In this document: one piece after another, positions 47,780-57,005 of the stretch
Layout of the letters: each line of letters begins with the position of its first letter
Position numbering within the stretch: position 1 is the stretch's first letter
Source of the DNA: Escherichia phage UoN_LG358_1
DNA length: 64,000 nucleotides
Sequence record: OK570374
Direction: 5' to 3' (one strand)
Made by a program: the position numbers and the translations under genes
The notes under the pieces: generated by a model
Database searches by the model: none
What the model was told of the DNA's origin: nothing
What the model saw: the letters and a program-made list of their open reading frames with translations, nothing else

Positions 47780-48475
47780 TTATCCACGACCTTTTGGAAG
47801 TGAAAGAGGGTCAACTTCATCACCGACCGGAGCTTCTTCTAATCCAAGCGCATATCGTTGAGCATATTTCAGCATCAGAATATCTTTAGCACAATCATGA
47901 ATACTATCATGAGCGATGAACCCGTCGAGTACACCATTACGCAATGGAGTTGTTGTTAAATTTCTAGTCATCAAAAGAGCTTCTATTGCTGTACGAATGT
48001 CTCGTTGATTCCAGAATTTACACGGTTCCAAATTAAATGTGTCAATATCTTTATCTTCAATTCCTTTCCGGAGTTCACCTTCACGTAGGATATCAACAAG
48101 AATAGGAAAGTCAAATGACTGTCCGCGGCACCATCCGAATGAGTTCCATGCATCTACTCCGTTATCTTTCAGGAATTTAAGAAGTTTATAAAGTCCTTCG
48201 ACGTGGTCAATGTCATCATCAGACGGTGCAAGGTTAGCTCTAGCTTCAGCTGACTGCTTTTTCCACCAAGCTAAAGTACTTGCACCGAATAACCGAAATG
48301 GACGCTGAGACCGGAGGTCAAACTTTAGTTTCATTCCCCTGGAAACTAGTTCGTCGAACGTTTCGATAACTTCCGGATTAGGGTCAAAAACTACCACCGC
48401 ACAGTCAATAACTGCTGATCGAGAAACGTTACCGAATGTCTCCCAATCAATAATAAAATCTTTTACGCCCGGCAT
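47780..48475 (-). CDS. dexA: exonuclease A (DnaQ-like 3'-5' exonuclease)
   Basis: 231 aa; N-terminal FIIDWETFG (Exo I motif DxE); position next to dda as in T4. Confidence 0.75.
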   Translation of the reverse strand: MPGVKDFIIDWETFGNVSRSAVIDCAVVVFDPNPEVIETFDELVSRGMKLKFDLRSQRPFRLFGASTLAWWKKQSAEARANLAPSDDDIDHVEGLYKLLKFLKDNGVDAWNSFGWCRGQSFDFPILVDILREGELRKGIEDKDIDTFNLEPCKFWNQRDIRTAIEALLMTRNLTTTPLRNGVLDGFIAHDSIHDCAKDILMLKYAQRYALGLEEAPVGDEVDPLSLPKGRG

Positions 48476-48696
48476 AGATATTCCTTAAATTCATTAATCT
48501 GTTTAGATATTTTATCATTAATTGATATAAGCGGTACTTGTCCTTGGAACCAAGCGATACTCATAGCTTCGTCGCGAATCTCGTTTAGTTGAAGCAATAA
48601 CGTAGATTGATGACCGCGCCACCAAGCATCTTCGGGTTTGTTAATTTCAATAGCATTAATCAACTTATCAAAATCATCAATATCAAGAGTAAACAT
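48463..48696 (-). CDS. hypothetical protein (77 aa)
   Basis: ORF. Confidence 0.4.
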   Translation of the reverse strand: MFTLDIDDFDKLINAIEINKPEDAWWRGHQSTLLLQLNEIRDEAMSIAWFQGQVPLISINDKISKQINEFKEYLCRA

Positions 48697-48705
48697 ATTT
48701 GTTCC

Positions 48706-50031
48706 TTATACAAAGAAAACATCATGGCGGCCACGAGTTGCACCCACATAAAGAAGTTCTAGCTTAAACTTATTATCGCTGCTTACGTGAATACACGGAG
48801 TATAAATGAAACTACTATCTACAGAAATACCCTGAGCTTTATGGAACGTTGAACAAGGTAAAGCTTTAACCTTATGAAATTTTCGTTTAGCATCCCAGAA
48901 TTCTGACCAAGGAGCTTTACCGCCTTTATTCCAGTTTTTATAAGTATCTGCCGTCTTTGCCAAGAAAAACTGAAATTTGTTCATTTCTTGTTCGTCAGAT
49001 ATTACATTAATTTTCTCACGAGCATATTCTTCATCGTCATAAGTTTCTACATCTAAAACCCAGTGACGAATTAGATGTTCACCAGATACTCCCTTTGCTC
49101 CCAAGAATGAAGATGTGTAATCTGCACTTAGAATACGAACATATTGACCATTAGTAAATAATGTTTCATGGAATTTTTTTCCCTCAAATACAAGTTCCCT
49201 CATTAAAGGTTCTTGCATAACAATAACTTCTCCTACTACGAACGCTTCTTCCGTTTGATATAAACGTCTACGAATGATAGAGTTTAATTTATCAACCGAC
49301 TTATTTGTGAATGCGAGCATTCGGTTTTCAAACAAATCTTCCGGTGATTTGACGATACTAAAATATTGCATCATAAAATCTTTAAGTGCCGTTGTACTTG
49401 TAAATCCATGCACACCATGACCATCAACAGTTTTTTCGTAAATCCATGAACCGTTTCTTATATCAGTAGCAACATCAATAATCGGAGCGTTACTGCGCAT
49501 TACTTCAGTAAGATTTAATTGTTTAAAATCTTTATGAATAAAGAAAGGAGATATATGAGCTTCTGTTTCTCCAGGGTCAACCGGACGAATTTGAGCGACA
49601 TCTCCAATAGCGACTATAGTACACCATTTAGGAATTGAAGCCATTAGTATTTTAAATAATTTGCGGTCCCACATTGAAGCTTCGTCACATATTAGCACTC
49701 GGCATGATGCTAAATCTGGCACTTCTTTTTGTTCAAACAACATACTTTCTTCATATGTTGTGGGGTTAATTTTTAAAATTTTATGAATAGTATTAGCTTC
49801 CATGCCGGACAATTTGGTTAATACTTTTTTGGCTGCATGTGTAGGAGCCGTCAAAATAATACCAGTTTCGCCAGTAGAAACTAAATGCTCCATGATAAAT
49901 TTTGTTAACGTAGTTTTACCAGTACCCGCTGGACCGTTGATAGTAACATGGTTTTTCTTTTCTTTTATAGCTCTAATAGTTTCATCAAATGCTAGTTTCT
50001 GGCCAGAAGTCAGCTGCTCAAATGTAATCAT
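48706..50031 (-). CDS. dda: Dda DNA helicase (SF1B)
   Basis: 441 aa; Walker A GPAGTGKTT; ...VLICDEASM...NKSVDKLNSIIRR...FHKAQGISVD...LLYVGATRGRHDVFFV matches recalled T4 Dda. Confidence 0.9.
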   Translation of the reverse strand: MITFEQLTSGQKLAFDETIRAIKEKKNHVTINGPAGTGKTTLTKFIMEHLVSTGETGIILTAPTHAAKKVLTKLSGMEANTIHKILKINPTTYEESMLFEQKEVPDLASCRVLICDEASMWDRKLFKILMASIPKWCTIVAIGDVAQIRPVDPGETEAHISPFFIHKDFKQLNLTEVMRSNAPIIDVATDIRNGSWIYEKTVDGHGVHGFTSTTALKDFMMQYFSIVKSPEDLFENRMLAFTNKSVDKLNSIIRRRLYQTEEAFVVGEVIVMQEPLMRELVFEGKKFHETLFTNGQYVRILSADYTSSFLGAKGVSGEHLIRHWVLDVETYDDEEYAREKINVISDEQEMNKFQFFLAKTADTYKNWNKGGKAPWSEFWDAKRKFHKVKALPCSTFHKAQGISVDSSFIYTPCIHVSSDNKFKLELLYVGATRGRHDVFFV

Positions 50032-50327
50032 ACCACTGATACCCTTTTAACACTTAATGTGTTCATAATTTGTCTGTTCATTCTACTTTCAATTTCAGAA
50101 AGCTTTTTAAACTTCATTTCAACTTTATCGAACCAGAAACGACGTTTCTTAATTGTAGTTTCTACTTTACCGACATTCAATATATGAGTAAGATAAGTTT
50201 TTAGCTGCTCATAATGCTTCACAGCATCATCAAATTTTTCATAGATTGTAGCCTTTCCAGATTCGAAGTACGGGAGTTCAAACCCGTCTTTATCTTTGTA
50301 GACTAACATGTATCCATAGTGCATCAC
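50028..50327 (-). CDS. hypothetical protein (99 aa)
   Basis: ORF upstream of dda. Confidence 0.4.
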   Translation of the reverse strand: MMHYGYMLVYKDKDGFELPYFESGKATIYEKFDDAVKHYEQLKTYLTHILNVGKVETTIKKRRFWFDKVEMKFKKLSEIESRMNRQIMNTLSVKRVSVV

Positions 50328-51106
50328 ATTTTGCCTCGGATAAGTTGTAACAATGTTGCAGAAAGTGGAAGACCTTTTTTCAGCTTCGCTTTATCCAAAC
50401 GAGATAAATTTTGGAAACGAGTAAGACCTTGAATAATAATATCATAATCTTTCACGGTGATTTCTGCTTTGCTATTCTTTTTGGATGCAGCGCCTGAAGT
50501 TACAGCTTCAGAAGACGGGTATTTTTCAAATATTCTCTTTAATGTTTTAATTCCGCCTTTGATGCGAGTTTCTAGAGAATCGCGAGTGTCTTTCTGTATT
50601 CCGGCTTGCTTAAGATGACTGCGGCGGGCCTGCACGTTTGCCCAAATGCGTTTAGCTTCTTCACGGCGGACACCGGAAATTTTAGACCAATCAGGCTCTT
50701 TGTTCCAATCATGAGTTTCTAATACAAAGTCAGAATGATTGAGGTCAACAGCAGGTTCTACAACTTTGTTTTTAGAGTCAACGGCGGAAACGATGCGCGC
50801 AGCTAGTTCTTCTTGCTTTTTAATGAGGTCATCAATTTCGAAGTTGGCGCGCAGTTTATTGTACTTCATTTTAACAGGAATAACGTTGCCTTCTACATAT
50901 CCTTTGTTGTTATCAAACCGCTCGAGAGTCATTTGGTCAGGTCCAAGTTCCTTCTTGAACTTTTCTCCTGAATATGCACAAGTATCTTGCTCCATGATGT
51001 TCATCAAGTACTTCAAAGAAAGATTAAATTCTTTACTTCTAGAAGAAGCACTTTTGTATGTATGAACCAAACGTTGAGCGATAACAATTTCACGAGGCAT
51101 GGCCAT
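50324..51106 (-). CDS. hypothetical protein (260 aa), in the position of T4 srd
   Basis: ORF with early promoter upstream; identity not verified. Confidence 0.4.
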   Translation of the reverse strand: MAMPREIVIAQRLVHTYKSASSRSKEFNLSLKYLMNIMEQDTCAYSGEKFKKELGPDQMTLERFDNNKGYVEGNVIPVKMKYNKLRANFEIDDLIKKQEELAARIVSAVDSKNKVVEPAVDLNHSDFVLETHDWNKEPDWSKISGVRREEAKRIWANVQARRSHLKQAGIQKDTRDSLETRIKGGIKTLKRIFEKYPSSEAVTSGAASKKNSKAEITVKDYDIIIQGLTRFQNLSRLDKAKLKKGLPLSATLLQLIRGKM

Positions 51107-51161
51107 AACGATATTCCTTATTTGCTTTTTATGCGAAGATGGTATAATGGTTTCAAGGATT

Positions 51162-51191
51162 ATTCTAATACACTCTATCCGGAAAGTAAAC
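51162..51191 (-). promoter_or_regulatory. early promoter-like element (GTTTAC-N18-TAGAAT)
   Basis: - strand GTTTAC 51191..51186 with weaker -10. Confidence 0.4.
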
Positions 51192-51193
51192 GG

Positions 51194-51826
51194 TTAGAAT
51201 GAATAAAAATCCAAATGATATACAGTATATGACGGAGATAAAGGGTCATACTGTAACTCTTCAATCTCCACTATCTCAAATTGTGTTCCAATAGGGAACA
51301 TCCATTCATCTTCTCCATTGACCATTTCAAGTTTATCCAGTCTTTCATCAAAAATAAAATCTGGGTCTATGCTGTGCATAAATTCTGTGTCTGGCGCAGC
51401 CAGAAGCATATTCAGTGCGTGCTCTTGATAGTTAAAAGCAAATGGGCAATTACGTAATGACAAAATAGTATGAGTACCATACACACTCCCTCCAGCGAAT
51501 TGTCTTGCTGTGGAAAAATCTGATGTAAATGACGTAACTCGGTCATCAGCAATAATTCTTCCTACAGCCATATTTTTCAACCAAGCTTCGGTACGTTTTG
51601 ACACTCCTCTGTAGAGTTCAACTGGAACGTCAGAACTAATATGCTTACGTATAATTTTGTCCAGTTCTACATGCAAAGTTTTGTCAATTTTATCATTCAT
51701 ACACTGCCAAAGTATGCTCTGTTCAAAATCACTGAACATCTTAATTTTTTCTTCATACAATCCATAGAGATTGTTATCAACTATGTTACAAACGATTTCA
51801 TTAAGCTGAGAATTTGTGTATAACAT
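51194..51826 (-). CDS. ADP-ribosyltransferase (ModA/ModB-like)
   Basis: 210 aa; R-S-E triad candidates: LYRGVS, FTSDFSTA, FEIVEIEE; position of T4 modA/modB. Confidence 0.55.
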   Translation of the reverse strand: MLYTNSQLNEIVCNIVDNNLYGLYEEKIKMFSDFEQSILWQCMNDKIDKTLHVELDKIIRKHISSDVPVELYRGVSKRTEAWLKNMAVGRIIADDRVTSFTSDFSTARQFAGGSVYGTHTILSLRNCPFAFNYQEHALNMLLAAPDTEFMHSIDPDFIFDERLDKLEMVNGEDEWMFPIGTQFEIVEIEELQYDPLSPSYTVYHLDFYSF

Positions 51827-51852
51827 AATAGCCTCCGTAGTTTACAGAAGCT

Positions 51853-51882
51853 ATCATAACACATTTTGACTGGGATGTAAAC
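51853..51882 (-). promoter_or_regulatory. T4-type early promoter (GTTTAC-N18-TATGAT)
   Basis: - strand GTTTAC 51882..51877, TATGAT 51858..51853. Confidence 0.55.
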
Positions 51883-51884
51883 GG

Positions 51885-52079
51885 TTATTCTGTCCACGGA
51901 GCCCAAGGAGGAGGGTCTAACCAGATAGAAGAGAGTTCTTCTACGAAAGTGTCGTTGAGTTTTACACCGTGCCGTAAGGCAAGAACAAAAAGCTCTTGTT
52001 TGATTTCAGCACGTCGGTTGCCAAATGCTTCTGAATTTTTTGACTGGTCTTCTTCAAATAAATCAAATAAATCCGACAT
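51885..52079 (-). CDS. hypothetical protein (64 aa)
   Basis: ORF. Confidence 0.4.
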   Translation of the reverse strand: MSDLFDLFEEDQSKNSEAFGNRRAEIKQELFVLALRHGVKLNDTFVEELSSIWLDPPPWAPWTE

Positions 52080-52564
52080 TACATACCTCTGATGTATTTG
52101 ACAGCAGTTACGGACATAGTTTTTTCTTCAAATCCATTACGACGAATTCCAGTATCATTAAAATGATGCCAAATGAATTTTTCCAATTCAACGATGTGTT
52201 CAGGAGTATTTACAATAAATTTTTTGAAGATTTTTGTGCCATATCCATCTGTATGACACAAAGCTTCGCTAAAATTGAATTCTGGAAAAATGTATTTCTG
52301 ACTGAGCAAAGTTTCTACCATACCAAACGGTGAATTTTCGCATTTGTCGATATTACAATCATGAATGATTTCTAACAATGCATTTTCGGGAATTCGCATT
52401 TTCATAAACTGCTTTTCTAGATTATTATAATGCTCGTTTGAAAAAGGTGCAGGTTCACCATACTGAGTTAGAACAACTTCAAACTTTTCTCGAGTTTCTT
52501 CTACTCGTCGATTAGTTCTTTTATAGAATTTCACTACAAATGACTTTGTTTTCATATTTTTCAT
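52079..52564 (-). CDS. hypothetical protein (161 aa)
   Basis: ORF. Confidence 0.45.
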   Translation of the reverse strand: MKNMKTKSFVVKFYKRTNRRVEETREKFEVVLTQYGEPAPFSNEHYNNLEKQFMKMRIPENALLEIIHDCNIDKCENSPFGMVETLLSQKYIFPEFNFSEALCHTDGYGTKIFKKFIVNTPEHIVELEKFIWHHFNDTGIRRNGFEEKTMSVTAVKYIRGM

Positions 52565-52578
52565 GATATTCTCTTATT

Positions 52579-52782
52579 TTATGACTTATCGCCGTAAATG
52601 TTAGTTAAAAGCTTTTTAGCTTCTATTGAAATACGTTTAGCTTCTTGTTCATTGCGCCAATTTCTAGCGTATTCTTCCGCTTCATGTTGAAGTTCTTGCT
52701 CAACTTTAGCAACCCATTCATCATCTAAATGAGTAGGTGTTTCAAACCAATTTTTGAATTCTTCGTACCATCGTTTAATCAT
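52579..52782 (-). CDS. hypothetical protein (67 aa)
   Basis: ORF. Confidence 0.4.
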   Translation of the reverse strand: MIKRWYEEFKNWFETPTHLDDEWVAKVEQELQHEAEEYARNWRNEQEAKRISIEAKKLLTNIYGDKS

Positions 52783-53018
52783 AACCAGGATGTCCCAAAG
52801 CGAATAACAGATTTTTCACCTACAAAGTGAAAGTGAGCCTCATATACGACACGTAAAGCAGTACCTTCCTCACGGTAGCAATGAATAAAGATGTCTACTA
52901 AATCATACAGATTTGGGCTATTTGTGATAAACAAATGTTCATGAATTAAGCGATTTGCAATAAGACTATTGATACCACCAACTTCTTCAACTGGCTTCAT
53001 CCAGTTAGATGTTTTCAT
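52779..53018 (-). CDS. hypothetical protein (about 79 aa)
   Basis: start moved to the internal Met; the track's N-terminus runs through the soc terminator hairpin. Confidence 0.4.
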   Translation of the reverse strand: MKTSNWMKPVEEVGGINSLIANRLIHEHLFITNSPNLYDLVDIFIHCYREEGTALRVVYEAHFHFVGEKSVIRFGTSWL

Positions 53019-53054
53019 AATATTATCCTCATTTGATAAAAGAATTATATCATA

Positions 53055-53082
53055 TCGTTTAAAAGCAAAAAAGGGACTCCCG
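53055..53082 (-). terminator. intrinsic terminator after soc (GGGACUCC-UUCG-GGAGCCCC + U-run)
   Basis: hairpin and U-tract in - strand sense 16 nt after soc stop. Confidence 0.6.
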
Positions 53083-53097
53083 AAGGAGCCCCTGCAA

Positions 53098-53343
53098 TCA
53101 ACCACCTGGTACTACTGGCGGTACGCCTTTAAACATATCAGCGTTTTTGGCAATCCAAGCGTCTCTTTGAGCTTCTTCAAAAACGGTAGAATACGCCGCT
53201 TTTTCGGAAGGGAAGAGTTGATAATGAGAACCAGCAATTTGATGCACGTCGGAGTAAAGCTTAAAAGCTACAGAAACTTCCATACCTTTTACTTCACCGT
53301 CGGCATTTGTATGGTCAAACGTTTTTACGTTAACATAACTCAT
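53098..53343 (-). CDS. soc: small outer capsid protein Soc
   Basis: 81 aa; ...YVNVKTF...EVSVAFKLYSDVHQIAGSHYQLFPSEKAAYSTVFEE matches recalled T4 Soc. Confidence 0.8.
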   Translation of the reverse strand: MSYVNVKTFDHTNADGEVKGMEVSVAFKLYSDVHQIAGSHYQLFPSEKAAYSTVFEEAQRDAWIAKNADMFKGVPPVVPGG

Positions 53344-53370
53344 GTAATTCTCCTTTGTTGATTACATGAG

Positions 53371-53378
53371 TATTTATT
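53371..53378 (-). promoter_or_regulatory. candidate late promoter for soc (AATAAATA, 7/8)
   Basis: near-consensus late motif 28 nt upstream of soc ATG. Confidence 0.3.
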
Positions 53379-53529
53379 AATAGTTATTTAAAGCCTCTAC
53401 TATATCTGCTATGATATCTTCAGAATCGCCAATAAGTTCTCGAAGAGATTTGTACTTATCTTCTGGACTTAGAGGATTTAAGCCCCAATATTTTATTAAA
53501 GCATTTTCAATATCAGAATATGAAATCAT
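53377..53529 (-). CDS. hypothetical small protein (about 50 aa)
   Basis: read from - strand (MISYSDIENALIKYWGL...); ATG overlaps gene 56 stop. Confidence 0.3.
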   Translation of the reverse strand: MISYSDIENALIKYWGLNPLSPEDKYKSLRELIGDSEDIIADIVEALNNY

Positions 53530-54047
53530 TAGTATCCTCGGTTTTGCCGCTCAAAGTTTTCAGCATTTTTCAGATAGTAAAGTTTAAAGATTTCTTCAGC
53601 CGACATGCCTAATCCTTGGAACATATTCAACACAAAGTGAAGAATATCAATCATTTCAAATTTAATTTCTAATTGGTCTTTTGAAGACATTTCAGAAATA
53701 AGACGATTGCGTAATTCTGCATGTTGTGCTTTCCATGGTTTCCAGACAGAAGAAGCAGCCTTCTCGCCATTAGACATACCGCCCAGAGAAGTCAACAGCT
53801 CACGGAATTCGTCATCGATATAATCTTTCTGATTACGTAGCCAATCAACAACTTCACCAGCTTTAGCTAAGTCATCTGGATTGCGGTTATAGTCAGGTTT
53901 ATCATTTGCTAGACGCACTTGCAATGATTTTTGCATGTCAAGCATCACTTGAAGCGGGTCAATACCAGCATTCACAGCATCATAATACGCATTTTCTGCT
54001 TTTTCATTGCCAGAGATGAGTTGAGAACATTCATTAAAATGGGCCAT
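53529..54047 (-). CDS. 56: dCTP pyrophosphatase gp56
   Basis: MAHFNEC...DPLQVMLDMQ...IDDEFRELLTSLG...DQLEIKFE...ILHFVLNMF.GLGM.AEEIFKLYYLKN.ENF.RQ.RGY matches recalled T4 gp56; start set at MAHFNE. Confidence 0.85.
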   Translation of the reverse strand: MAHFNECSQLISGNEKAENAYYDAVNAGIDPLQVMLDMQKSLQVRLANDKPDYNRNPDDLAKAGEVVDWLRNQKDYIDDEFRELLTSLGGMSNGEKAASSVWKPWKAQHAELRNRLISEMSSKDQLEIKFEMIDILHFVLNMFQGLGMSAEEIFKLYYLKNAENFERQNRGY

Positions 54048-54087
54048 TATATTTCCTGTCAAAGTATTAAATAGTTTAGGAGGATTT

Positions 54088-54297
54088 ATGTCTGAAAAAA
54101 TTAAAACCCCAGAAAATAAAAATCTGAAGTCTCAATTCGTTGAGAACAAAGGTAAATTAATCTTAGTTGGAGTTATTACAGCTGTAATAACAGCATGGAA
54201 CTATATTATCATCCCTTTCGCATTAGCATATGGGTTTACTTTACCTCCAATTCCATTGGATAAAGTTATTCATTTCATTATGCTCGGAGGATTTTAA
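54088..54297 (+). CDS. small membrane protein (69 aa) on the + strand
   Basis: strong SD AGGAGG 6 nt before ATG; two hydrophobic segments; no - strand ORF exists in this 230-nt interval. Confidence 0.35.
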   Translation: MSEKIKTPENKNLKSQFVENKGKLILVGVITAVITAWNYIIIPFALAYGFTLPPIPLDKVIHFIMLGGF

Positions 54298-55322
54298 ACT
54301 CCAATCTTTGAGTAATTCTTAAGGCGAAGTTGAGCCATCAAACCCGAAGATATATTTTCGGAAATATATTTTTCGATGTCTTCAACTTTCGCCCCTTCAT
54401 TTTTTATCATATCATTAATGTCTTTTTCTTTCCATTGAGATTTATCCCAAAACACAACTCTTTCGCCAGCGTCTATCAAACGCTTCATTCGCTTGATTGT
54501 GTCTTCTTTTCTTGGTTCATGGTCCATAATCCATACTCTATCTTCTTTAAATGGAACCAAATCCAAATCAATAGCGCCACCGGTGATGGCAATAGCATTG
54601 CCCAAGAACAATGAGTCTATCGGGCCTTCTAATACAAAAATATTTTGACCGGTCTTTGCTGTGTCTAATCCGTATATTTTTGTTGCATGTTCGTTTCGTT
54701 TAATTGTTATGTATTTTTGAGGGGCGTCTTTACGCAATGCTCTTCCTTGAAAACTTTCAATAATACCTTTCTCATTAAAGATTGGAATTACTAAACGAGG
54801 CTCATTACGTTCTGTTTTATAAGTTCCGGGATTAACGGAATTCACCAAAGCTGGCCATTCCATCGTAAAATACAAACGGTTCCAACGAGATTTTGGAATA
54901 CAACGATGTTTAACGTATTTTATAATAGGATGCTCTTCTGACAAACTATCTAAGCGGCTGCAATGAACTAATTTAATTCCTTCTGGTTCTTTAATTTCAA
55001 CTTTTTTCACCTCTGGTTTTGTATCAGGCTTAAAAGTCATTTTGTCCTTTCTGAGTTCTAAAATAAACTCACGGTATAAATCAGGTTCATATTCCTTTAA
55101 ATACACCCCAATTGGTTTTCCATAATCACAGTTATAACACTTCAAAAATACATCATCGCCCGTGCCATAAGCCCAAAAACGAGCTTTTAATGCGTCTTTC
55201 TGTGAGTCGCCACAGACTGGGCAGCGGCAGTTTAACTTGAATTGGGATACGTTGTTTACTTGACGAAAGCGAGGTAAGTGAGATAATGCACGAAATGCAT
55301 ACTCGTTATGGACCCATGACAT
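54294..55322 (-). CDS. 61: DNA primase gp61
   Basis: 342 aa; zinc ribbon CRCPVCGDS...CYNCDY; ...YLKEYEPDLYREFI matches recalled T4 gp61. Confidence 0.9.
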   Translation of the reverse strand: MSWVHNEYAFRALSHLPRFRQVNNVSQFKLNCRCPVCGDSQKDALKARFWAYGTGDDVFLKCYNCDYGKPIGVYLKEYEPDLYREFILELRKDKMTFKPDTKPEVKKVEIKEPEGIKLVHCSRLDSLSEEHPIIKYVKHRCIPKSRWNRLYFTMEWPALVNSVNPGTYKTERNEPRLVIPIFNEKGIIESFQGRALRKDAPQKYITIKRNEHATKIYGLDTAKTGQNIFVLEGPIDSLFLGNAIAITGGAIDLDLVPFKEDRVWIMDHEPRKEDTIKRMKRLIDAGERVVFWDKSQWKEKDINDMIKNEGAKVEDIEKYISENISSGLMAQLRLKNYSKIGV

Positions 55323-55954
55323 TATACTCTCCTAAAATCGTCTATAATTTTTTGATAACTAATATCCGGATATCCCAATTTAATTGCTAATTTTCTAAAT
55401 TTAACATATCCTATATTACCATTAGAGTTCCAAAGCTCTTTTAATTCATCGTAGTATTTCCATTGAGGGCCTCTTTTCATTTCTGAAATTATTTTAGAAA
55501 CATGTGGTCTACGTTTGCCATATGTTGCGCTTCCACTACCCTTTCTTTTTTCTGACCACATCTTTTTGGTTTCAATGGAATGTGTTTTTCCATAAAATGG
55601 GTTTCCTTTACCGGAGTAAAGACTAGATTGAGTTTTTGATAATTGAGTTCTAATCCAACTATATTCCTTATTGTTTCTGCTAGTATATTTTCCATTTATA
55701 GTTAATTGCTTAGCAGCGCATAATAACGAATAATATTGCTTTGTGTTCAATTTTTTATATATTTTTGATAACAATTGATGAACTACGAAATGTTCTGATG
55801 CTGTAAGCAAAACCAAATTATCATCACTATCTAGTCCTCCAATAGATTTTGGAATTATATGATGTTTTTCTGAATAAAAATTTAATTTAGATTTATCCAG
55901 TCCTCGTAATTTAGCTTTGTTGATAATAGAATCATGTATCTTTTGATAATTCAA
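55322..55954 (-). mobile_element. free-standing HNH homing endonuclease between genes 41 and 61
   Basis: 210 aa; HNH motif HHIIPKSIGGLDSDDNLVLLTASEHFVVH; start codon is TTG (AGGAGA-N5-TTG AAT TAT) where paralogues have ATG AAT TAT. Confidence 0.75.
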
Positions 55955-55966
55955 TGCATTCTCCTA

Positions 55967-55990
55967 AGTGGCCTTATTTCTAAGGCCACT
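55967..55990 (-). promoter_or_regulatory. perfect 10-bp hairpin (AGUGGCCUUA-GAAA-UAAGGCCACU) abutting the HNH SD
   Basis: inverted repeat read directly; 3' arm ends 1 nt before AGGAGA. Confidence 0.4.
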
Positions 55991-55993
55991 ATA

Positions 55994-56464
55994 TTACAAT
56001 TTCTTAAGATTAACTTTAATGCGCTTACGTTTTGAGGGGATTTGTTCTGGACCCTTGTTGGTTATTGCTCCGGTTGTGGTACCAGAGGCGATATTCTGGA
56101 CACTTCCACCGGAATCACCGGCTACCATGTCCTCGAACATAGGGAGAGCATCAAATATCTCTTTCTGTTCGGATTCGGTTATATTGTATCTAGAAGCGAT
56201 TGAAGACCAAGCCGACATCATAGAAGCTATTCCATTTAAACCGGGAACAGTTGACATCATTCGCTTCATTGAACGAACCGCAGCATGAAACGGAGTATAC
56301 GCTGCCTTTTCTTCAGGGGTTGATGGTCGTTTAAGCACGCTGCCTTTTTCGTCAATGATTTTTGCTTCATATGCGTTCCATTCGGTGAATGGTTTTTGCA
56401 TTAGACGAATAAACTTATATGCATAAACGGCATCTATACCGTTTTTAATAGTGCTCATAAACAC
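55994..56464 (-). CDS. hypothetical protein (156 aa)
   Basis: ORF. Confidence 0.45.
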   Translation of the reverse strand: MFMSTIKNGIDAVYAYKFIRLMQKPFTEWNAYEAKIIDEKGSVLKRPSTPEEKAAYTPFHAAVRSMKRMMSTVPGLNGIASMMSAWSSIASRYNITESEQKEIFDALPMFEDMVAGDSGGSVQNIASGTTTGAITNKGPEQIPSKRKRIKVNLKKL

Positions 56465-56476
56465 CTCCTACGATAT

Positions 56477-56674
56477 TTAATCAATAACAAAAACGGCTTT
56501 ATTTCCGTTTGCGTCTGTTACTTCATAAGTATCTTCGTCATAGAGAGGTATAAACCATTCTACATCAGTATCTGACATAACAGAAATAATATTTTCTGAA
56601 ATTTTTGTCATTTCGTATTCTTCAAATAAACGAAACACTTCGATATTTGTACTTGTGCAAGTTGCAGTAGACAT
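56477..56674 (-). CDS. hypothetical acidic protein (65 aa)
   Basis: ORF. Confidence 0.4.
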   Translation of the reverse strand: MSTATCTSTNIEVFRLFEEYEMTKISENIISVMSDTDVEWFIPLYDEDTYEVTDANGNKAVFVID

Positions 56675-56686
56675 TTAGCCTCTCAT

Positions 56687-56977
56687 TTAAAGTCCAATCC
56701 ATTCCAGCACTTCAGGAACTGATTTATTTTCACAATAAAGATTAGTGCCAGCAACTACCAAATCATTCTGGTCGACATCTTCAATGAGCATCTTTTGATT
56801 CGCATTAGCTCCAGCAAGAAGGTCTTTAATTAGCTTAGGTTTTACCGTATCCCAATCACCTTCGACAAATTTAAGGCATTGAATAGAATTATAATCAGCT
56901 ACTCCCGGAGTTGCATGGGCTGGAACTGCTGAACATGATGCTACTACCAATACGAGACTTGCAATTAACTTTTTCAT
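56687..56977 (-). CDS. secreted/periplasmic protein with signal peptide (about 96 aa)
   Basis: MKKLIASLVLVVASCSAVPAHA signal peptide; start set after promoter at 57006-57035. Confidence 0.45.
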   Translation of the reverse strand: MKKLIASLVLVVASCSAVPAHATPGVADYNSIQCLKFVEGDWDTVKPKLIKDLLAGANANQKMLIEDVDQNDLVVAGTNLYCENKSVPEVLEWIGL

Positions 56978-57005
56978 TATTACTCTCCAGTTTGTTGATA
57001 AAGTA

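Noticed and set aside
56060-56100. GDSGG serine-protease-like motif in the 156-aa ORF
   Set aside because: Lies in a Gly/Ser/Thr-rich low-complexity C-terminal region with no His/Asp context; most likely coincidental
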